Program-made: the position numbers and the translations under genes
Notes under the pieces: generated by a model
Database searches by the model: none
What the model was told of the DNA's origin: nothing
The model's input: only the letters and a program-made list of their open reading frames with translations
DNA from: Gottschalkia purinilytica
GTDB lineage: Bacteria > Bacillota > Clostridia > Tissierellales > Gottschalkiaceae
Direction: 5' to 3'
Length of the DNA: 24,000 bases
Assembly (NCBI RefSeq): GCF_001190785.1
Contig: NZ_LGSS01000004.1
Location: forward strand, 244,798 to 268,797
Shown here: positions 18,125-24,000 of the stretch, piece after piece
Layout: every line of letters starts with the position of its first letter
Position numbering within the stretch: the stretch's first letter is position 1

Positions 18125-18151
18125 AGCGCCAAAAACTGGCGCTTTATTTTT
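18123..18151. terminator. Bidirectional intrinsic terminator shared by the convergent DUF1450 and feoA genes
   Basis: 9-bp GC-rich stem AAAGCGCCA/TGGCGCTTT (18123-18131 / 18137-18145). T-tract TTTATTTTT follows on the plus strand and TTATTCT on the minus strand. Confidence 0.8.
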
Positions 18152-18389
18152 CAACTAATATAACTGATGCTATTTCTTTATCAACTGCAACTTGAGTATA
18201 TCCCACTTGAAATACTAGACTAGGAAATGTCTGTATCATACTTAAATTCATTCCTGGCAATATTCCCATAGCCATTAGTTTTCTAAGAATATTTGCATCT
18301 TTAGTATCTAAGTCAGCTATAATTCCAGAGTCACCTTTCTTTAAATCTACTATGGGAACTAGTTTCATAGATTGTATTTTATTGCTCAT
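18144..18389 (-). CDS. feoA: FeoA-family protein (SH3-like ferrous iron transport accessory protein)
   Basis: 81 aa. L..L..G..G.I..L......LR.L..MGI.PG..L......P.....V......A.....A..I.V pattern typical of FeoA. Confidence 0.88.
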   Translation of the reverse strand: MSNKIQSMKLVPIVDLKKGDSGIIADLDTKDANILRKLMAMGILPGMNLSMIQTFPSLVFQVGYTQVAVDKEIASVILVEK

Positions 18390-18561
18390 CTTTCTTTCTA
18401 CCCCATTTCTTTAAAAACTTTATGAACTTCGGCTCTTTTAAAATCTCATAACCACAATTAGGACATTTGTATTTATCACAATTCTTACTCATAGGACAGC
18501 TTGAGCATCCCTTTAAACTTTCTTCTTCATTAAATTCATATCCACAAAAACTACATTTCAT
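18379..18561 (-). CDS. Small Cys-rich zinc-ribbon protein, 60 aa, translationally coupled to feoB
   Basis: MKCSFCGYEF...GCSSCPMSKNCDKYKCPNCGYEI has seven Cys, including three CxxC pairs, and a basic tail. The ATG at 18561 overlaps the feoB TAA (TAATG). Its 3' end overlaps the feoA start by 11 nt. Confidence 0.6.
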   Translation of the reverse strand: MKCSFCGYEFNEEESLKGCSSCPMSKNCDKYKCPNCGYEILKEPKFIKFLKKWGRKKDEQ

Positions 18562-20012
18562 TATCCAAGTACCCCAAGTGTAGATAATATCATGTTTAAT
18601 ATATATCCGGATCCAAAAGCAACAACTATTATAAATGCTCCCATAATAAATGCTGTTTTCCATCCTCTTTCTTTTATCATTACTGCAAACTGAGCAACAC
18701 ATGGAACAAATAATGTTAATGTAGCAGCAGAAACCACTAAATTTCTAGCATTTAAAATAGAATCTTTTTGTAAATCAAATAATCCAGCTGCTCCGTAATC
18801 CCTTCTAAAGAATCCGAATAAGAATATTTTAGATGTTTCTTTTGGAAGCCCTAATAACCCTACTACAGGTTCCAATCCTCTTACTATCATATCAAATAAT
18901 CCTGTTATATTTCCGATCCATATAAGAACACTAGCAAAAATGAAAAGGGGAATTATCTCTATGAAATACCATTGCATTCTAGTATATGTTTTTGATAATA
19001 CATTACTTATTCTAGGCATCCTTAAAGGTGGGACTTCCATATAGAAGCTAGGTTTTTCACCTGGTATAACTTTAGATGCAAGGTATCCAATAAATAAAAA
19101 TACAAATATCATAAATATAATCCATATAAGTAAGGCAATTTTATTTCCAGATAGTAAAGCTAAAATGACCCCTAATTGAGCTGAACATGGTATAGCTAAA
19201 GCTAATAACAATGTAGCAATTACTCTTTCCCTCTTTGTCTCTAAAGTTCTACTAACCATTGTTGCCATAGTATCACAACCAAATCCTAATACCATAGGAA
19301 TTACAGCTCTACCATTTAGTCCTATCTTTTTAAATACTCTATCAACTAACATTGCAAGTCTAGGTAAATAACCGCTATCTTCAATTATCGAGAAAACTAA
19401 GAAGAAAGCTCCAACTATTGGTAAAACTATTGCTATTGCATATCTAAAACCTAATGTTATAATACCATATTCATTTGCTATTAAATCTTGTAACCAATGC
19501 CATGGAATAAGCCCGTTTACTATCTTATCAACAAATGGATTTATATATGCTTCAAATATGTTAGCTTCAAGAAAATCAACTACAGTACCTGCTCCAAATA
19601 CACCTACAAATTTATATAACCCAAAATAAACAACTAATAATAAAATTGGTATTCCAGTTATAGGATTCATAGTTAATTTACTTAAAGTATTAGATATACT
19701 ATTATTGCTTGTCTCTTTTTTTGTAACTACTGAATCAGCTAACTCCTCAACTTTATTTTGTCTATAAATAGAGATAACATAGCTAAGTGGCTTTTCAAAT
19801 TGTGATTTAGTTTCTTTTATAATATCTCTTATACTATGAAAGTTATTTACTTCTTGATCTTTTACCATATTAACTACATCTTCATCCTCTTGTAGTAATA
19901 AAAGAGCAATGGATCTCTTAGATAGAATATAGTCACCTTTTAATGCTTCCGTAATTTCATTTATTGAATTTTCTATAGTATCTTCATAATTAACACTAAG
20001 CTGTTTTGACAT
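18561..20012 (-). CDS. feoB: FeoB, helical S-domain plus membrane permease portion (483 aa); lacks a G-domain
   Basis: Gate motifs and polytopic pattern of the FeoB core (GIITLGFRYAIAIVLP, SGYLPRLA, GFGCDTMATM, AIPCSAQLG, LFVPCVAQF). Starts at an ATG inside the last 17 nt of the G-domain ORF. Confidence 0.88.
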   Translation of the reverse strand: MSKQLSVNYEDTIENSINEITEALKGDYILSKRSIALLLLQEDEDVVNMVKDQEVNNFHSIRDIIKETKSQFEKPLSYVISIYRQNKVEELADSVVTKKETSNNSISNTLSKLTMNPITGIPILLLVVYFGLYKFVGVFGAGTVVDFLEANIFEAYINPFVDKIVNGLIPWHWLQDLIANEYGIITLGFRYAIAIVLPIVGAFFLVFSIIEDSGYLPRLAMLVDRVFKKIGLNGRAVIPMVLGFGCDTMATMVSRTLETKRERVIATLLLALAIPCSAQLGVILALLSGNKIALLIWIIFMIFVFLFIGYLASKVIPGEKPSFYMEVPPLRMPRISNVLSKTYTRMQWYFIEIIPLFIFASVLIWIGNITGLFDMIVRGLEPVVGLLGLPKETSKIFLFGFFRRDYGAAGLFDLQKDSILNARNLVVSAATLTLFVPCVAQFAVMIKERGWKTAFIMGAFIIVVAFGSGYILNMILSTLGVLG

Positions 20013-20589
20013 ATTTATCTACCCTCTCTTTTAGCTTATCTATACCTTTATTTGTTGCAGCAATAGTTGGTACAACTGGTATGCCTAACTCTTTTTCTAA
20101 TTTATTCACATCTATTTTTAACCCCATACGTTCTGCTTCATCCATAATATTTAAGACTAAGATAACATCAATACCAGCCTCGATTAGCTGAATTGTTAAT
20201 GGTAACATTCTTTTTATATTTTTAGCATCAATAACATGTATAACTACTTTTGGTTTTTCTGTAAACAACAAATCTCTTGTTACTTTTTCTTCCTCAGTTA
20301 TACACATTAGTGAATACATCCCTGGAGTATCTATAACTTCATACTCATTCCCCTTTATTTTACCTTTGCCTCTTGAAACTTCAACAGTTGTTCCTGGATA
20401 GTTAGATACAGTTACATATGCTCCAGTAAATCTATTGAATATAACACTCTTACCTACATTAGGACTACCTACTAATGCAATTTTTTCTAAACCATTAGTA
20501 TTATGATTAACTTCTCCTTCACAATTGTGACCAATTAATATAGAAGCCATTTTTTTATACCATGGTGTTTTATTTTGACAACAATCCAT
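19996..20589 (-). CDS. feoB: FeoB N-terminal GTPase (G) domain as a separate 197-aa ORF, with a 35-aa Cys/His-containing N-terminal extension
   Basis: G1 GSPNVGKS, G2 region PGTTVE, G3 DTPG, G4 NIMD. GGAGGG RBS 6 nt before the ATG at 20589. Ends at a TAG out of frame with the following FeoB ORF. Confidence 0.85.
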   Translation of the reverse strand: MDCCQNKTPWYKKMASILIGHNCEGEVNHNTNGLEKIALVGSPNVGKSVIFNRFTGAYVTVSNYPGTTVEVSRGKGKIKGNEYEVIDTPGMYSLMCITEEEKVTRDLLFTEKPKVVIHVIDAKNIKRMLPLTIQLIEAGIDVILVLNIMDEAERMGLKIDVNKLEKELGIPVVPTIAATNKGIDKLKERVDKYVKTA

Positions 20590-20611
20590 AAAAGCCCTCC
20601 TCTAACGTCAT

Positions 20612-20626
20612 TGAAAATCATTATCA
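20612..20626. promoter_or_regulatory. Fur box (7-1-7 type) in the feo promoter region
   Basis: TGAAAATCATTATCA matches the Firmicute 7-1-7 Fur consensus TGATAATnATTATCA at 14 of 15 positions. It lies 23-37 nt upstream of the feoB G-domain ATG, between a possible TTACGC -35 and TTCAAT -10. Confidence 0.7.
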
Positions 20627-20920
20627 ATAATTGCGTAAAAAAACAGATAGTTTTATCTACAAAAAAATAAAACTCTATTTACCATAAATGACCATTTAAT
20701 CCTATGTAAAACGATTTTCTTAAGAATTCTATAAACAGTATAGTATATTTCATCTACTTTAATCAATATTCTAAAAAAAACCTTAATTCTTCATATTTCT
20801 TCAATTTAGGTCATATAGCTTAGTTAGTATTAATAACCTCTGATTTTCATTTTATAAATAAGTTCTAAATTTATATCATTAAAATTAGTTTACCCGAATT
20901 TTATAATTCAATCTATAAAT

Positions 20921-20955
20921 ACAAAATGAGACTTTCAAAAAAAGTCTCATTTTGT
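20921..20955. terminator. Intrinsic terminator downstream of mtaD (perfect 15-bp stem)
   Basis: ACAAAATGAGACTTT-caaaa-AAAGTCTCATTTTGT, with short T-tracts on both sides (ATTTTATG on plus, ATTTATAG on minus). Confidence 0.7.
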
Positions 20956-21014
20956 ATTTTATGATGTTATAATTATCAAATATAAATGAAATTTAGTCTA
21001 ATAATATTTTAGGA

Positions 21015-22304
21015 TTATCTTTCAATTAAATCTTTTGCCATTTTTTCAGAATTATAGATTACTTTTTCAATGTCTATAGTTTTCAATTCTCTATTTTCCA
21101 TTAATATCTTACCATCTACGATAACTGTATCTACGTCTGAAGCTTGCACCGAATATGCTAAAGAAGACATCAAGTTATATCTTGGATATAAATGTGGTTT
21201 GTTTAAATCAATTAATATTATATCTGCTTTTTTATTAATTTCTATTGAACCTATTTCACTTTCAAGTCCTATTCCTTTAGCTCCATTTATAGTTGCCATT
21301 TTAATAGCTGTAGATGCCGGAACTGAAGTAGGATCAGTATTAATTCCTTTATTAATTAAAGCAGCAAGATTTATTTCTTCAAACATGTTTAAGTTATTGT
21401 TACTAGCTGATCCATCTGTACCAAGAGCTAGATTTACTCCTGATTTTAACATTTTATCTACTGGTGCAAATCCATTTCCTAATTTTAGATTACTTCCAGG
21501 GTTGTTTACTACACAAACATTTTTCTCAGCTAATATTTTTATATCTTCATCAGATACGTATACACAATGAGCTGCTAGTGTGGGAAGTTCAAATAGGCCT
21601 ATATCATTTACATGCTGTATAGGTGATTTTCCAAATGCTTTATAACTATCTTCAATCTCCTTCTTACTTTCTGAAAGATGTACATGAATACCAAGATTAT
21701 ATTCTTTAGCTAATTCTATAGCTCTTCTCATATATCCAGGCAAACATGAGTAAGGTGCATGAGGAGCTATTCTTGTAGTTATTCTACCATCTGCTTTTTC
21801 ATTCCATATTTTTATGAACTCTCTTATTTCTTCAAATTCTCTATTATCGTCTTCATCTTTTCCTACCAACCCTTTAGACAATACTCCTCTTACTCCTGTT
21901 TCTTCAACAGCTCTTGGTATACCATCTGTAAGAAAATACATATCAGAAAAACTTGTAATTCCAGACATTATCATCTCAGCTATGCTAAGCATTGAACCCC
22001 AATATACATGCTCTCCTGTTAATCTTTTTTCTAAAGGCCAAATTCTTTCTGTAAGCCACTCCCAAAATGGAATATCATCTGCATAATTTCTAAATAAAGA
22101 CATTGGTATATGAGTATGTGCATTTATTAGTCCAGGCATTACTAATTTATTTGTAGCATCTATAGTTTTATCTGCATTGAAATCATTAGGAATTTTTCCT
22201 ATATACTTTATTTTATCTCCTTCTATGCCTATACTAATATTTTCTATAATTTCATCATTTCCATTCATCAATAATGCAGTACAATTTTTTATTAATATTT
22301 TCAT
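21015..22304 (-). CDS. mtaD: 5-methylthioadenosine/S-adenosylhomocysteine deaminase (amidohydrolase superfamily)
   Basis: 429 aa. PGLINAHTHIPMSLFR metal-binding HxH, HVHLSE, HCVY and GTDG motifs, and overall MtaD-like layout. Confidence 0.85.
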   Translation of the reverse strand: MKILIKNCTALLMNGNDEIIENISIGIEGDKIKYIGKIPNDFNADKTIDATNKLVMPGLINAHTHIPMSLFRNYADDIPFWEWLTERIWPLEKRLTGEHVYWGSMLSIAEMIMSGITSFSDMYFLTDGIPRAVEETGVRGVLSKGLVGKDEDDNREFEEIREFIKIWNEKADGRITTRIAPHAPYSCLPGYMRRAIELAKEYNLGIHVHLSESKKEIEDSYKAFGKSPIQHVNDIGLFELPTLAAHCVYVSDEDIKILAEKNVCVVNNPGSNLKLGNGFAPVDKMLKSGVNLALGTDGSASNNNLNMFEEINLAALINKGINTDPTSVPASTAIKMATINGAKGIGLESEIGSIEINKKADIILIDLNKPHLYPRYNLMSSLAYSVQASDVDTVIVDGKILMENRELKTIDIEKVIYNSEKMAKDLIER

Positions 22305-22369
22305 AAAACTACACTCCTTAAAACGCTTTATTTATATATAATAAATATTTGCATATGGGTATGACTTTT

Positions 22370-23254
22370 CTAAGTATGAGTATTGTCTTCACTAGCAGGC
22401 TCTATATGAACTATAACTTCTTCTACTCCTAAAATATCTTTTTTCAATGTATCTTCTATTCGATGAGATAGTTTATGACAATAATCTATGTTATGATTTT
22501 TATCTATACCAACATGTAAGTCTATCATTATATGATTTTGTTTTCCTCTTGTTCTAATTTTGTGACAATATATTACTTCTTCAATTTCCATAACTATTTT
22601 ATGGATTTTTTCAGCCTCTATCATCTTACCATCTATTAGTACATTTATACCTTCTCTTAATATTTGTATACCAGCTCTACATATTAATATAGCTATGATA
22701 GCAGATATTAAAGTATCTATAAATATATAACCTAGCTTAATAGCTATTAAGCTAACTATTACAGAAATAGATACATAAATATCACTTTCCGTATGCTTAG
22801 AGTCTGAAATTAAAATACTACTATTCAATTCTTTTCCTTTTTTAGACTCGTACCTTACAACTAAAATATTTATTATTAATGTTAGTATCATAACTATAAA
22901 GCTAAATACATTAATTTTCGGTACAACAGGATTCATGAATCTATTATATGAATTTACTAATATCTTAAATGAAACTATAAATAGTGCAAAACTAATTACA
23001 ATAGTAGACAATGTCTCTACTTTATGATGTCCATATGGATGGTTTTCATCAGCAGGCTTAGATGCTATCCAAATTCCTATAAGTCCTACTACGTTAGACG
23101 CTCCATCTGAAAAAGAATGAAATCCATCTGCTATCATACTGGAAGTCTTCGTCATTAGTCCATATATAAGTTTAGCAAGAGCAACAAGTATGTTAAGTCC
23201 CAATATTAATGCCAATGTATTTCTTACCTTTAAATAATTATCTTTATATGTCAT
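22370..23254 (-). CDS. Cation diffusion facilitator (CDF) family metal efflux transporter
   Basis: 294 aa. Six TM segments with the ADGFHSFSD and HTESD metal-site motifs, plus a C-terminal cytoplasmic domain (..HKIRTRG......IDLHV). Confidence 0.9.
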   Translation of the reverse strand: MTYKDNYLKVRNTLALILGLNILVALAKLIYGLMTKTSSMIADGFHSFSDGASNVVGLIGIWIASKPADENHPYGHHKVETLSTIVISFALFIVSFKILVNSYNRFMNPVVPKINVFSFIVMILTLIINILVVRYESKKGKELNSSILISDSKHTESDIYVSISVIVSLIAIKLGYIFIDTLISAIIAILICRAGIQILREGINVLIDGKMIEAEKIHKIVMEIEEVIYCHKIRTRGKQNHIMIDLHVGIDKNHNIDYCHKLSHRIEDTLKKDILGVEEVIVHIEPASEDNTHT

Positions 23255-23271
23255 TTTATTCCCCTCTTTAA

Positions 23272-23301
23272 ATTATAATCATATTTATGATACCCAGTTA
23301 A
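23272..23301 (-). promoter_or_regulatory. Candidate promoter of the CDF gene with an inverted repeat in the spacer
   Basis: The minus strand reads TTAACT (23296-23301) - 18 nt - TATAAT (23272-23277). The spacer contains ATCATAAATATGAT (23278-23291), an ATCATA/TATGAT inverted repeat. Confidence 0.4.
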
Positions 23302-23324
23302 GTCATAATAATAGCATTATTTAT

Positions 23325-23366
23325 ATAATAAAAGAAAGTCACCGCAAATTTGCCATGACTTCTTCT
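23325..23366 (-). terminator. Probable terminator after the histidine kinase gene
   Basis: Imperfect hairpin GAAGTCA...TGACTT(T)C enclosing GCAAATTTGC, followed on the minus strand by a T-rich tract (TTTCTTTTATTAT). Confidence 0.45.
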
Positions 23367-23375
23367 TTATTTACC

Positions 23376-24000
23376 TTATATTTCAGACATTTCTACTTTT
23401 ACATCTGTACTTTCATCTATAGTTTCATTAATGTGACTACTAATATTATCAGTATCATATATATCTTCATTATTTACTGGTAATTTTATTATAAACTCAC
23501 TTCCCTTATTTTCTTCACTTACTAATTCTATGCTACCACCATGCATTTCTATTAATGATTTAGTTAAGCTTAGTCCTATTCCACTACCTTGATAATCTTT
23601 TTTATCAGCTTGTTTAAATCTTTCAAATATAACTTTTTGTTTATCTTTTGGTATTCCCATACCATTATCTTTTACAGAAATACTAACATAATCATCATCT
23701 TCACCTAAAATATCTACCCATATGTTTCCATTTTTAGGTGTGAACTTTAATGCATTTGATATTAAGTTCAATACAACACGTTCTATTTCCACTGGATCAC
23801 AGTATATATATTTTTCTTCAACATCTGTGTCAATTAAGAGTTCTAACTCTTTTTGTCTAGCGTATTCAGTTGCAGATAACACTGTCTCTTCAACTAAACT
23901 TACTATATTTACTTTTTTAACATTTAGTTTATACTGCTTTGAATCTATCTTAGAAACATCTATTATATTATTCACTACTCTTTGGAGTCTATAACAATTC
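23376..24000 (-). CDS. Sensor histidine kinase, C-terminal part (end of DHp plus HATPase_c); the N-terminus lies beyond the window
   Basis: The frame stays open to the window edge (..RLQRVVNNIIDVSKIDS). N-box LNLISNALKFT, G1 DNGMGI, F-box FERF and G2 GSGIGLSL. Confidence 0.9.
   Translation of the reverse strand, partial: NCYRLQRVVNNIIDVSKIDSKQYKLNVKKVNIVSLVEETVLSATEYARQKELELLIDTDVEEKYIYCDPVEIERVVLNLISNALKFTPKNGNIWVDILGEDDDYVSISVKDNGMGIPKDKQKVIFERFKQADKKDYQGSGIGLSLTKSLIEMHGGSIELVSEENKGSEFIIKLPVNNEDIYDTDNISSHINETIDESTDVKVEMSEI

Noticed and set aside
18562-18702. N-terminal 47 codons of the tracked 107-aa ORF (MCCSVCSNDKRK...).
   Set aside because: This part lies wholly inside the 3' end of feoB in another frame. 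The ATG at 18561 that overlaps the feoB stop gives a compact zinc-ribbon protein and is the sensible start.
20630-20920. ~290-nt AT-rich non-coding gap between the mtaD terminator and the feo promoter, including a 24-codon minus-strand ORF starting at 20753.
   Set aside because: I found no convincing RBS, repeats or stable helices apart from a weak 5-bp hairpin with a T-run at about 20643-20660. It looks like ordinary spacer and promoter DNA.
630-23994. About 30 plus-strand ORFs of 60-177 aa in the six-frame track that lie entirely inside minus-strand genes (for example 630-830, 990-1283, 2315-2638, 2678-3085, 6133-6666, 6639-7037, 15461-15760, 21070-21570, 23722-23994).
   Set aside because: Their translations are low-complexity S/F/L/I-rich strings, as expected for the antisense of K/E/N/I-rich genes in AT-rich DNA. 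None has a convincing RBS, and each overlaps a gene with clear family motifs. They are shadow ORFs.
1-24000. Search by eye for CRISPR repeats, IS/transposase or integrase genes, phage modules, tRNA/rRNA genes, and defence-system hallmarks (nucleases, helicases, reverse transcriptases, STAND ATPases).
   Set aside because: None seen. The only toxin-antitoxin element is the conserved chromosomal alr-linked mazEF pair, which is ordinary for Firmicutes.

Overview
Very AT-rich, low-GC Firmicute (Clostridia/Tissierellia-like) chromosomal segment. It is almost entirely housekeeping and cell-envelope genes, and all but two genes lie on the minus strand. In plus-strand coordinates the content is: (1) split transketolase (C- and N-terminal subunits) and a YitT-family membrane protein. 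(2) An ~7 kb secondary cell-wall polysaccharide cluster, apparently driven by one promoter near 9485: GT4, GT4, two tandem DUF4330 paralogues, a 184-aa membrane protein, a Wzy_C/O-antigen-ligase-like protein, pyruvyl transferase CsaB and a TagA-like GT26. (3) An orphan secreted or anchored 157-aa protein. (4) The Bacillus-like syntenic block acpS - LolA-like lipoprotein - alr - mazE - mazF, except that AcpS is fused to an NAD(P)HX dehydratase domain. (5) A small membrane-protein gene preceded by a ~370-nt non-coding stretch with its own extended -10 element, plus a 210-aa coiled-coil protein. (6) glnA. (7) A two-gene plus-strand unit (111-aa unknown and DUF1450). (8) A Fur-box-controlled feo operon with FeoB split into a G-domain ORF and a membrane ORF, a translationally coupled 60-aa Cys-rich zinc-ribbon ORF, and feoA last. 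(9) mtaD, a CDF metal exporter, and the 3' part of a histidine kinase that runs off the window. I saw no CRISPR array, IS/transposase, integrase, tRNA/rRNA or recognisable defence system other than the chromosomal mazEF pair. Nothing here is convincingly a new multi-gene system. The items most worth a second look are the structured non-coding region at 14.7-15.07 kb, the split FeoB and its Cys-rich small ORF, the AcpS-NnrD fusion, and the DUF4330 pair inside the SCWP cluster.
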